A stretch of 64,000 nt of DNA from Microthyrium microscopicum. Lineage: Eukaryota. Made by a program: the position numbers and the translations under genes. Positions 25,541-37,717 of the stretch are shown one piece after another. The DNA lies in the NCBI GenBank assembly GCA_010405405.1, contig MU004230.1, positions 3,258,627 to 3,322,626 on the forward strand. Reading direction: 5' to 3'. Within the stretch, counting starts at the first letter, position 1. Every line of letters begins with the position of its first letter. The notes beneath the pieces were generated by a model. That model ran no database searches. It was not told the DNA's origin and was given only the letters and a program-made list of their open reading frames with translations.

Positions 25541-25762
25541 TATAAGAAGCTATTAGGCACGATTAGGTAAGCAGAATATAGCTAATATTATAGGATCTAT
25601 GTATAGAGAGAGGAGATCTAGAGATAGAGCTACGGATGTGAAGATATAGGGCCTAGAGGATCCTTAGACACACTAACCCCAAATGGGATAAAGAGATCTT
25701 ATCTATAGGATTAGATCTCTGGATCTAACACCAAAACACTAAACCTGTAAGGATTCCTTATA
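25541..25762 (-). repeat. 5' LTR of Gypsy A
   Basis: Direct repeat of 18101-18322, followed by TSD TTAAT. Confidence 0.95.
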
Positions 25763-26767
25763 TTAATAATATACGTCTTTTTTAGATCCTAAGGGATTAT
25801 AGCTTTAGATACTTTAGAACGACTTACGTAAGATCTAAAGATTATCCTTATTAATACGCCTTAGAATTAAAGGAATCTAATAATTAGCTATAGGGTAGAA
25901 TAGATACTAAAAGCGTCTATAGAGTGCTTAGTATTCTATAGCGCGATTATATTCTTATAAGATTCCTAACGACTTATTATTTAACTTCTAAGATAATTTA
26001 CGCTACTAGAAGGAAGCTATCTATTTAATTAGTATATAATAGACGTTAAGTAAATATAATTTAGAGTAATTACCTTATAATTTAATATCTCTAGCCTATA
26101 GTAGCTATTAAGTATAATTAATTTATAGGTAGTGTTAATATTGCTAATTAGTAGTAATCTTACTATACAGTCTACTATAGGGGTAAGAAATCTCTTACCT
26201 TTTTAGATTAATAGCATAACTTTTTAGTTTTAAGTCTAATTAACTTAAAAGTACTACTATTTAATTTATCTTATTCTTAGCTCTTTACTAATATTAGTTT
26301 TAAGTATTAGAACGTAGATACTACTTTTTCTATAATTAATTAATACTACTATTACTAACGCGTACTTCTTAGTGCTAGAGATCTAGAATAAAGCTTATCC
26401 TACTACATTAAGGCCCTTTAGAAATAATATACTTTCTTTATAACGATTTTATTTACATCTAGCCTAGAGTTTATACTTTAAAGTATATTAGAAGATGCAT
26501 AGGAAGTAGCGCTTTCTAAAGGTAATAGGCTTATATTATAAAACTCTTAAAGTGTAAGATACCTATAGCTTAAAATATATCGTTCGTAGTACTTAACTCT
26601 CTCTTGCTAGATTTTACTCTAGAAGCTATAAAATAGCCTATCTACTTAGAGAATGCAAACAATGTACTTATTATAGATAGAAACATCGTTAACTACCTAA
26701 TACGCGTTTAAAGATAAGAATAACTTATTACTATTATATAGAGTATATAAAAATTATACTTCTTTGT

Positions 26768-26969
26768 TGTTAGGGACCTATAGGCGTAAGGGTGCAAGCT
26801 AACAGTAGATGTAATTTAAGAAAACTAATACGAAGAATCTAAGAGAGAGGGTAGGGAATAGTTATAGGTAAGCTATACTAGATAATCCTTAGGCGCTAAG
26901 CCCTTAGCATTATATAATAGGAAATACTAATAATATTATAATAGGATTAATAGTAGTAGATTCGTAATA
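26768..26969 (-). repeat. 3' LTR of Gypsy B
   Basis: Direct repeat of 33991-34192; 26 mismatches counted by hand, all transitions, no indels. Confidence 0.95.
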
Positions 26970-29900
26970 ATACTCTCCTTTCTAAAATTAGCGCTCCTAA
27001 GCTAAAAACTTATAAAAGGATATAATTTATAATTAAGTCGTATAGTCCTATAATTCTAATACTTTTAGGGTATAAAATATAAAATATAAAAGTAATAAAA
27101 GTAAAGATAATAACCTTCCTTTATATATAACTATTATACGTACCTATTTCTTATACTACCCTCTAGCCTACTAAAGCAACTATTAAGAGGCATTAATAAA
27201 CCTTAAGATATCTTTAGAATACTCTAGTTTATAGACTAAGTATTAAGGTACGCGTAGTAGTATCTTTTTACTATTCTAGGAGAATTCTATCTAAATTATA
27301 TTCCTTTACCTTCTTCTTCTAAGAGTCTATAAATATAGAATATAGTCTAGGTTTATTAGGGTTCTAGTTATAATATTTAGTAACTAATTCTAGGTAAGAG
27401 TTAAGATCTAACTATAATTACTAGTTAGGATTATAGTTCTAATTATTCTATTTTATAAACTAAACTTTATACTATAGAACTTTCTTTTTGCTAAAGCCCT
27501 TTATAATGCTTATCTTACTATTAATAACATAGTTAACTACCTATTCTTATTCTATATTGTTATTTACGTTTATAATTAAGAAGGGGTTATTAGGTTCTTA
27601 GAGTACTATAGTATATTTAGGAATAAAGTAAAGTAGCTAAGCGTAAAAGACTAAGTAGATTTTTATCTTCTTTAGTAATTCTAGCTTATAGATAAGGGTA
27701 TTAATCTTTTTAATAATTTTAAAAGGTCTAGTAAATTTATTATTAAGGGACTTTAATAGTTAGAGAGATTTATAATAGTAGGTATTAAATTATACTTAAT
27801 TACTTAGTTTAAGGTTTAGTACTAGTTAATAAGTCTTATTAGCTTGCTTTTTTATAAAGGTAGTAGACTATAAGATCTATTCGTAGAGGTATTTATAAAA
27901 GTCTATATAGGTATAGAAATACTAGTTAGCAAGCTATTATTTAGTTTAGATTGGCTTAGTTCCTAAGAGGGCTTTTAAAGGCATTAGTTCTAATTCTAAT
28001 TAGGGAAGATAATTATTAAGTACGTAGAAAGAACTTATCTTAATAGAGGTATAGATAGTATAGTTAGCTTTAAATTTAGCAAATAGTAATAGTCCTACCT
28101 AGTTATTCTATTATTAGTTAATAAAGTATCTAAGGTAAGCTTTTAGTACTATAACTAATATTTCTATAATACTATTACTCTATAGGTACTATATAGTAAT
28201 TAAGTAGATAATAATATTAATATACTTATAGAAACGTTGTTAGAATATAGACGTAAATTGTAAACTATAGTTAGAGAGGATAGAGTTAGGCTATCTTATA
28301 TACTTCTATATTTAGTTAAGGAACGTAAGGACTATTATCTATATACTTAGGTTAGGAAGAGAAATAAACTATTAGGTACGTATTAGCTTATTTATAATAA
28401 CTATAACGTAGCGATAGATAGTCTTAAGGTAAATATAAGACGGTAAAGTAACTATAAAGTTAATAGAGATGTTAGACTAAGCGTAGTTAAGCGGTAAGAA
28501 TAAATAAAGAAGACCTTACTTTTTTTGCTTAACTAGTTTAGAGAATACGTACTTATATACTTTAATATAGTATTTTATGTCTTTAGCTATGTAGGGCTAG
28601 AAGTAAAATTAGTAGAGGCGCTAGTACGTAGAAGCTATACTACTATAATCTATAACCTTATAATTATATATATACGTAATAGCGTAGTATTAGAAACGTC
28701 CTATAGAGAGGATAAGGAGTTATTATCTATATTAGACTATATTGTTAGTAAGTACTTAGTAGTTTCTAAGTTTAATTAGGTCTTTCTCTAGAGTACTATA
28801 TAGTAGGTAATATAATTATACTACCTTAGAGTCATAGATTACTTAGATAAGCTTATTTAATTAGCTAGCCTTAATAATATCTTTCTATAATATCTTTAGG
28901 TTTACTAGCGCGCTATCTATCTTAGAGTAATTAATTAGCTTACTTAAGATTAGGGTAGAACCTCCTATAATTAGTTAATTAATTAGCTTACCTTTTATAG
29001 TTAGCACGTTAACTTTATTAGTAATAATTATAGTAAGTTTAATTATTATAGGTTATTTACTATTAATAAGAAGGATAGCAATTTTAATAGTATATTAAGT
29101 ATTATAAGAGTAAGATATCTTATAGTAGGTATTAAAATTATAAGAGGAAAGGATTAGTTATATTTATTAAGTAATTTATAGATTATTATTAGATTTTAGA
29201 AGATCTTATAATCTCTAAGTTAGTGCATTCGCTTTTACGTTAGAGAGACTATTATAATATTTAATCTTAAATTAGAATTAGGAGAGGAACTCTACCTATT
29301 AAGCTTAATAATAGAATAGCTTTTTAGTTAATATAAAAGTACGTAAGTTAAAATAGTTAGTAAAAACTTATATAGGGTTAAAGGTTAAAAATAATTTAGG
29401 TTTTTATTCCTTAAATACCTATATAATTATAAGTAGCTCTTTATTATAAATATTATAATTATATTCTACTAGGATTATCTTTTTAGAAAGAAAAGCTACT
29501 AAATAAAGCTTACTATCTACGCCTTTTTAAGATAGGATAGCTACTACTACCTAGTCTAAGGCGTTAGTCTTAACTTAAGTCTTAGCGTTAGAGTTAAAGT
29601 AATAAAGGATTAGAGCAATAATAAAGGCCTTCTTTAGAGTTTTAAACGCTTATTCTTTAGGTTTAGTCTTACTCTATAGAAAGTATAAAGAAGCATCTTT
29701 CTTAATTAGCGTAGTAAGTAGTACAATAATCTTTAAGTATTCTTTAATAAAATAGTAATAGAAATTTATAAAGCTAAGAAATATTTAAACGTTCTTTAAA
29801 GAGGTAGAGTAATATTAGTTAAGTATAGCGTTAACCTTCTTCTTATTTATTTAGATTCTGTTAGGTATAATAATAATACTAAGATATTTAACTAATTATA

Positions 29901-32900
29901 TTATAAACTTAGATTTAGAAATATTAAGGTAGAGTTTAGCCTTTTTAAGCTTATTAAAGATTAGATAAATATAGGTAATATATTCTTCTTTAGTCTTACT
30001 CTAAATAAGGACGTTATTAAGGTAAACTATAATAAAGTTATTAAGGTATTTACATATAGCGCTATTAATATATAATTAAAAGCTTCCTAGTAATTCTATT
30101 ATACTAAATAGCATTACTAAGATTTTAAAGAGTTTATAGCGCGTTAAAAATATAGTCTTATATTTATCTCCTTTATGAATTTAGATATTATTAAAAGTAG
30201 TAATAACGTTAAATTATAAAAAGAATTTCGCCTTATAGATCTTTATTAAAGTCTTTATTAAAAGTAAAAGTGTATTTTAGTTAGTTAGTATAATTTTATT
30301 AAGTCTATAGTAGTTAACGTAGATATAAATACTATTGCTTAGTTTACTAACGTATAATATAAGTATAGCATAGTAGGAGATACTTAGGTAAATAAAGCTT
30401 TTACTAAGTATATTCTTAATATATTCCTTAATAATCTATGCCTATTAGTAAGATATATTATAGGATTTATATATAGGTACTTTTATATTTAGGTTAGTAG
30501 TAATAGTATAGTTAAAATCTAGTTAGTATAGTAGTAGTTTATTAGCTTAGTGAGAGTTAAATAAGGGGATATAGTAATAGAATTCTAGTAGTATTAATTT
30601 TAGTAATTCTTCTTACGTTAGTAGGTTATAGTTAAGCTTTTTACGCTATTTAGTATAGTCTTTAGTAGAGATTATAATAATATTAGTAACGTTCTACTAA
30701 GAGATAGAGTTAAAGTCTTTTTCTTCTTCTAAGGCTTTAAAGTCTTCTTAGTAAAGGGCTATAAAATAGTAATCTTTACGCTTAATTATAGCTATAAAGA
30801 CTTATAGCGATACTATATAGATATTAGGGGTTCCTTTTTATTATTTATTTATAACTACTTAATCTTTGTAGTTAATAGTAATTAGGTAATAAGAAGCTAT
30901 ATAGTGCTTTATATAATGCTTAGAGTAGAAACCTAATATACGTTAGCCTCCTTAGAGCGTAACTTTATATTTATTTACTTATAGGTTATTAAGGATTATG
31001 TCGTAGTTAGTAACTTCTATTATAAAATAGAGAATCTATTTAAGGTAGATGCTAATATATAATATAATAGCTACTATATAGGTTATTTTTACAATAGCGT
31101 AGCTATTAGTTATTTTAGCATAGTAGAGTTAGGTTATCTCTACTAATAGAATACTATAAATTTTAAGGTAGTAGGGGTTAATAATGCTAAAAGCACTACT
31201 ACCTATATTAATTAAGACTTTAGTTTTAGTATATATGTTATTATTAATAAGGATATTACTAGTAGTGCTCTACTATTAGCCTATCTTTAGAATAGAATAT
31301 TTTAGTAATTAGTTAATAGGAATATAGGTTACTAATATATAAATAATAGCTATGCCTATAGGATTGCTTTTAGTCTTAGAGTTACTTAGGTAGTTAATAA
31401 TAGCCTTTATTTAATATTTTTATTATTTATTATGTACTTCTATTTTATTTAGCTCCTCTATATAGCGTTACAAAGAAGCGTCTAGTTTTTTTAGTCTTAG
31501 TAATAATAATCGTTATATATTAATAAGTAATTATACTATAAGTTTAGGTTTTATAGTTAGGTATTATCTTGCTATAAATAAATACTAGTAAGTTTAGTAA
31601 AGATATTAGAATTAAAGAGAGCTAGCTTACCTTTATACTTTAAGTTTTTATCTTTATAGTTATAACCTTATTTACTGTATTAAGTATAGTAGTAGTCTTG
31701 TATTAGATATTAGTAGAAAGTAACTTTGTAGTATAGAACGTAGTTAATTTAGTTATTAGTTTAGTTGCTATTATTATTATTCTAACTACTAAATAGTTTC
31801 TTACTATTATTAGTTTTATATTTAAGGTTTTAGTTAATAACTTATAACTTATTAATATATTTAGCAATAGTAGTAGCTTTAGAAAGGAATAGGTACTATA
31901 TAATCTTTTTAATAATTATATATTTAAGATAAGTAACCTTATTTACTTTTATAAGGCTAGTATTAGCAATTTTGCTATTAAACTTAGCGATATATAGAGT
32001 AAGCTTCTTATTCTTTTTTATTTAGTTTAAGAAATTTTATAACTAGGTAATAGTATCTTTATAAGTGTTGCGTTTCTAAGTATATTAATCTAGGTCCTTC
32101 TAGAACTTTATTATATTAAAGTATAGGTTTAGTAATTTATATTAAGCGTAGTCTTTAATAAATCTAAGGGTAATGTTAAGAGTCTTACTACGTACCTAAA
32201 TAGTAGCGTCTAGTTTTATAAAGAAAGAGGCTTACTTATTATAAAGATAGTCTTTAATATAGAGTTTCTACGTAGAGTATTATTTAGGATTATAACTAGA
32301 GTATTTACCTAGATTACTCTATTTATATTTCTTACTTTTACTACTAGTTAAGAATCTAGATACTACTAGGGTTAGGCTATTAGTTTAAATATAAGGAACT
32401 TATTAATAAGAGAGAGGTATTACTTACTTATTATTAAAGTTAAGTTAGTAAATATTCTCTTTAAACTTATATACGAACTAACTAAGCTAGTCTTTAAAAT
32501 CTTTATTTTAGAGATAAAAGGTTATAATCTTATTACGCTTCTTAGTATAAGAAGTATATAGTCGTTTAATATTGTTAAGTACTTTATTAAGTTCTTATTA
32601 ATTTATATTATAGGCGTTCTCTAGATAGAGGATGCGTTTATTATCCTTATAGTTAGCTTTAATTACGTAATTAAGTTATAGATAGAGTTAATTTACTTTT
32701 ACGCGTATTTTATTAGCTATAATTATAGCGTTATTAAGTTTGTTAGTTATGTCTTTAATACCTTATTTATAGTATTAGTAAGCATTTATTATATTATTTA
32801 GTTAGGTATAGGTCTTTTAAGTATAGAGATTAGCCGTTTAGGCTAATTTAATATAACTACGTAGCTATTTAAACTATATTTCTAGTAATATAGTAACGCT

Positions 32901-33990
32901 ATAAAGGAATCCTTTATAAGTCTTAATAATTTTTAAATATAAGTTACCTTAAATATAATGTATAAGTATAGAGTCTAGAAAGACGCTTTTAATAGTATTA
33001 TCTAAAGGAATAGTTTCCTAGGCTTAGAAGGTAACTTCTTTGTAGAGGAGTTATACTAAGGGTACTTAATTCTTCTTATTAAGAGTAATTAATTAGTAGG
33101 TAATAAGGTAAAAAGATATCTAGTAGTTTAATAATAACTCTTTAATCTAGGCCTAGTCTACTAGTTAAAGGGTAGTAATTAGAGAATTAGTAAAGGATAC
33201 CTTCTCTTTACCTTTATTTTAGAATCGTAATTAGCTATAAATATAGCTACTTTTAGCAATTTCTAAGATATTAGATAGTAGAGGTGCCTTAGCTATAAAG
33301 CTATGATAAGAGTGTAAAAAATTATAGCATAAAGGTTAGCTATAGGGTAGTTCTATTGTAGCGTTGTCTTTATTACTATTAACCCTAGTCTAGGTATAAG
33401 GTAGCATAATTATAGACTAAGTAGTATTCTAAGTCCCTAATTGCTATTACTTATAAAGATAGGACGTAGAATAAGTTCTATAGGTCTTAATAGTATCTCC
33501 TATAGTAAGATAAGAGTTTAATATAGAGTAAGTATAAGTAGTAGACGTAGGCGTTAAGAAGTCTTAAGACGAAGTACAAATAGGTTATAAAGGTATAATA
33601 AGTAATTTAGAGAAAGGAGTAGGAAGTCTAATTTATTATAGTTTGTCTTTAAGGCTTATTATAGTATAGCGAGATAAGTAAAGTCTTACTATAAATATAA
33701 TAGTAAAAAGAAGTAGTAGTAGTAAAGGAAGATTATTAACCTATAAGTCTAGTAGGGTAGAAGTTCTAAGTTAACTAGGGTCCTTTAAGCCCTTTAATTA
33801 AATACTAAGAGTCTAAGCTTCTAGTAGGGTTAAGGATTAAGAATTTACGTATTTACTATGCTAATAAGTTAAATCTACTAAGATCTAAAAATAGGATTCT
33901 ATATTTATACAAGTAAACGTATTAAATCTTTAGATTTTAATACGCTAAAAATTAGGATTGTTTTTTAAATAGTGTAAGGTATTAGTTTTA

Positions 33991-34192
33991 TATTAGGGAC
34001 CTATGGGCGCAAAAGTATAAGCTAATAATAGATATAATTTAAGAAAACTAATATAAAGAATCTAAAAGAGAGGGTAGGGAATAGTTATAGATAAGCTACG
34101 CCAAATAATCCTTAGGCGCTAAGCCCTTAGCATTACGTAATAGGGGATGCTAATAATATTACAATAGGATTAATAGTAGCAGATTCGTAACA
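33991..34192 (-). repeat. 5' LTR of Gypsy B
   Basis: Direct repeat of 26768-26969; ends in CA and is followed by TSD TTTGT. Confidence 0.95.
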
Positions 34193-36214
34193 TTTGTACT
34201 ACTTACTTTATTAAATACTATTAAGATAGTAAGACCCTAAAGCGTATAATCTTAGGATATTATTTACTAACTAAATAGTAGGGATAGGCATTCTAGATAA
34301 GTATAAAATTAGGTAACGAGATACTAAGATAATATTATAGGATAGGAAAGAAGGAATATAAGTAATTCTACTTTAATAATTATATCTAGATACTAGTTTT
34401 TGGGTATAATAATTATAAGACCCCTTAACTAATACCTTAGCATTAATTGTGGCTTTTAATCGCTCAGAATATTGCCTATTTTGGTTAGTATGTTGAGTCT
34501 TATTTGCGCCTCTACCGGTGCACGAACACCACAGGATGCAAAGGGATGCCAGCTGAACATCCATTGGTAAGTTGAGAACGCCACACGTAGCCTTCTCCAG
34601 GTATCTGGTGCCTGACAGTATCGACTTTACTTCTTTTGAAAAGCGCCACTACGGAAATAGCATGCATGCCGAGTCTGCCGTAGGCTGAAGAAATACCCCC
34701 TGGATCAAACCCTTTAACGTCCGCCCCAGCTACGCGCATATTTTGATGGGACCCAAGTTTGATAGTTTATGCTGAATCGAATCTTTAAACTTAGTTTAAC
34801 GAGTAAGAATGCGTATCTGGCCTAAAATAGTAGAAACAGATCTCTACCATACCGGAGAGTTTAAGGTAGTGTCAATGGCCCGCCAAACTTGTAATCGACA
34901 ACGTGGTGGCGTCTGTCTGATCATGAAATCGGAGAAATGACTTGACGCAGCTTCGCGCTATTGATTATTTCACGTTGTAAGTCTCCGTATCGTCAATCTC
35001 AATTCGCCCTGTCACCTTCCCCTCCTTTTACGGCTCACCTTGCTCAAGAGTCAAGAAGTGCACAAACGAGACTTTGTCCAAGTGGGCTTACTGGCTGTAT
35101 CCACCAACATTGCTTCTATTCGATCTTATAGGTAGATAGGCCGGCTACAACAGAGCCACGCTGAGTAAACCCTGTCAATTCACATCTCCAATTCCATTCG
35201 AGGTCCAGACTATAGGCCCGGTAAGCTGGCGCCAGCGCCTCCGTAAGGCACGAGACAAGCTTCTCCCTAGATCAAAAAGTAAGCCCAAGCTTGTCCCCTC
35301 TCACACAACTTTCACATTCACATTCACTCCTTATTTCATTTCTTCGGTAACACCTTCCAGACGACATCTTCCGGCGTGGAAGAGCTTCCCAGAGCGCCTG
35401 ATTTCAATACTACAATCCAGGCGAACGAGATTCCATAATCGGGCAACTTTCATTACGATCGATATAACACTAATCACTCCTTGTTTGCGACGAACTCGAC
35501 ACGAGCATTTCTATGCATACAAACATTTTGTCGATTCACCAATACCTAAGTTGAGATTATACCTTTCCAAAACTTGCGAAATAACGTCTCACAATTTCCG
35601 CTTCTGAGTCGCTTATGGGTCCACACCACATCACATCTTCCATACGGTCACGATCAACTTCCATCCAAGAAAATCGACCAGGTCTCCCTTATCGGCAGTG
35701 AAAGAAGTGCGTCCTGTGATCTCTCCAAGGCTTTGACTTCAATCAGCCCAAACTGAGCTTCAACAAAACTTTCATAATTGAAGATTGAAACATGAACATG
35801 CAGCAAGACGCCTACATGACCAAAACCACGGCTTGACGATTCCTCCAGAAAATCAACATTATTCTTATTTGGGTTATTTTTCAGGAGACTGGAATATCTC
35901 GGGAGAAGTACCTCCTCGATCGCTCTTCCTGGGTTCGGCAGCAGCATCGAAGTCGCAACTGCCTTAATTGGTCGCGAGCTGGTTCCTTCCAATTTCGGGC
36001 ATACTCCTCTGGCTCCCACAACGACAGGTGAACCATCTCCATTTCACTTTTTCGAAAAGACGACGTATTTAGATCTACCCAGATCTACCTACGTACAGCC
36101 ACAAAACCATCTTCACCAAGGCAACGGCCTCTCAGCATACCGTGGAAACTCGTCTTTATCTCTCATTCTCCCCCATATACCTGATTCGTCCCGCAACTAC
36201 ACTCCCTACACATC

Positions 36215-37717
36215 ATGCCGACACCGATGACCCCCGCAGACCCAGGTCTATCAACGAGCCTTAGGAACGGACTGATACCGCTTAGTATCTTCGCCATATG
36301 CTCAGCTTTGAGCACTTTTACTCTTCTGGCCTGGATCACATGGCGGTTGATGTTCAGACAGGACTATCAGACCTTTGTCGGGTACAACCAATATGTCATT
36401 CTTATATACAACCTCCTCTTGGCAGATCTTCAACAAGCTCTGGCGTTCCTGTTCTCACTGCACTGGCTCAATATCGGCAAAATTGATGATGGCTCTGTGA
36501 CATGTTTTACTCAAGGGTGGCTACTCAACATGGGCGATGTCGGCTCTGGAATGTTTGTCTTTGCTATTGCGCTTCACACCTGGTATAGTGTAGTCCTTGG
36601 GCGGAAGCTGCAGTACTCGACATTCACCATTGGAATTCTGTGTACATGGGCATTTGTGTTTTTGCTCACAGTCATGGGACCCGCGACCAAAGGCATACGC
36701 TTTTTTAACAAGACCAATGCATGGGTAAGTACATGCTATTTCACGCTCTGATCATATTTAATTTTTATCTAGTGCTGGATCGATGCACAGTATGATTTGG
36801 ATCGCCTTTGGTTCCACTACCTGTGGGTTTTCTCCGTGGAATTCGGCACCATAATCGTCTATGCGCACGTATTCTATCACTTGCGCAAGCGTTTGAGCTC
36901 CATCCGCTCTATTACTATTCACGATCCAGCTGGACCGCGACGGACTGAACGGCTCTCCCAGGCGGCTCGGTACATGGTTTTGTACCCAATCATCTATGTG
37001 ATTCTAACCCTTCCGCTTGCCGCTGGACGAATGGCAGCCATGTCTGGCAAAACGCTACCCTTACCGTTCTATTGCATGGCAGGAAGTTTTCTCACATCTT
37101 GTGGCTGGCTTGATACCCTCCTCTATACACTCACGCGCCGCGTATTCATCAAATCCGAAGGCGCCAGTGTCCGCGACACACGGCCAGCTACCGCTAACAC
37201 CAACAAGTCGGCAGCTAGTCGCCGCTGGCTCAAAGGCAAGGACGAAGACCGCCCTATGCCTCATGTTGCTGATAGCGCCTGGCATCTATCAACCTTTGCA
37301 TCTGTCAATATGGATACCAAGGATCCTATGTACGCTCCTGGTACTGCTCCCATCACTCATGCCAGCTCAGAAGATCTCTCCGAGACTCGGATGAGTGGTG
37401 AACTGCGAGATCACTCACATGCGCGCTCCGATACACCACTTGGTTTGCACACACAAAGTCGTTCTCGTACGCCAATTCTGGAACCTGGACATGTCGGCTT
37501 GACGCAGACGATCATTAGAAGCACCGCAACTGACGAATCAAATGACGCCCTGCGACTGCCGATGAACCAAGGCATCCTAAGCGAGACCAAGATCGAGGTG
37601 GTCAGCGTGTTGAGAGATGATCTCATCAGCGGTAATGTGCATGGAGGTCTTTCAGAACGCAACGAAAGTCGCGAACGATCCAGGGATCGCGATAGATCAG
37701 AGTCACGAAAGCGATGA
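36215..37717 (+). CDS. G-protein-coupled receptor-like 7TM protein (Git3/cAMP-receptor-like class); intron 36725-36772
   Basis: Multiple hydrophobic helices. Motifs NQYVILIYNLLLADLQQA, CFTQGWLLNMGD, FAIALHT, the spliced AW|CWID..Y...RLWFHYLW and MVLYPIIYVILTLPLAAGRM; long polar C-terminal tail. Confidence 0.9.

Larger units (their letters stand above)
18101..25762 (-). mobile_element. Full-length Ty3/Gypsy LTR retrotransposon A (7662 bp), RIP-inactivated
   Basis: 222-bp LTRs at 18101-18322 and 25541-25762 (TGTAAGGA...TCCTTA[C>T]A); TSD TTAAT at 18096-18100 and 25763-25767; PPT on the minus strand at ~18325-18340. Relic motifs in PR-RT-RH-IN order on the minus strand: LIDTGSS (~22540), YLDD mutated to YLNN (~21345), ETDASD (~20890), NYDIYDKELLAIV (~20770), integrase (~19400-20050). 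Confidence 0.95.
26768..34192 (-). mobile_element. Full-length Ty3/Gypsy LTR retrotransposon B (7425 bp), different family from A, RIP-inactivated
   Basis: 202-bp LTRs at 26768-26969 and 33991-34192 (TGTTAGGG...CGTAACA); TSD TTTGT at 26763-26767 and 34193-34197; PPT on the minus strand at ~26972-26987. Relic motifs: VLIDTGSS (~31200), VYLDDVLI (~30020), VETDASDW (~29560), integrase PDSILSDRGSQFTS...AWHPQSDG.TE (~28150-28290). Confidence 0.95.
16850..34224 (+). pseudogene. piggyBac-family transposase relic, split into three pieces (~16850-18100, 25768-26767, 34198-34224) by two Gypsy insertions
   Basis: De-RIP translation: VSIDEMMVKFTGR...KPIPEGFKV...GYLW (17771-17895); IFTDNFFN|NVRLF.ILRDHGFGCFGTTR across Gypsy A; YNQFMGGVDIADQ (~26113-26150); RTWMPLFLWLIDTAITNAYF (~26310-26370); Cys-rich tail CAYC...CVEC....LC|TTCFIEYH across Gypsy B. 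TTAA/TIR ends were not identified. Confidence 0.88.
13125..34500. other. AT-rich RIP-mutated transposon block (~21 kb)
   Basis: Near-absence of CpA/TpG, large excess of TpA and of TAA/TAG, almost no ORFs. Paired LTRs differ only by transitions. Confidence 0.95.

Noticed and set aside
16630..34410. Candidate piggyBac termini (ttaaacccaaaa vs ttttgggtataa; ttaatagaataacttata vs tataagtaattctactttaa)
   Set aside because: Matches are short, imperfect or offset from TTAA, and are expected by chance in AT-rich DNA.
35574..36214. Short ORFs upstream of the GPCR as uORFs or an antisense gene
   Set aside because: TSS unknown, several starts are non-ATG, and there is no supporting motif.
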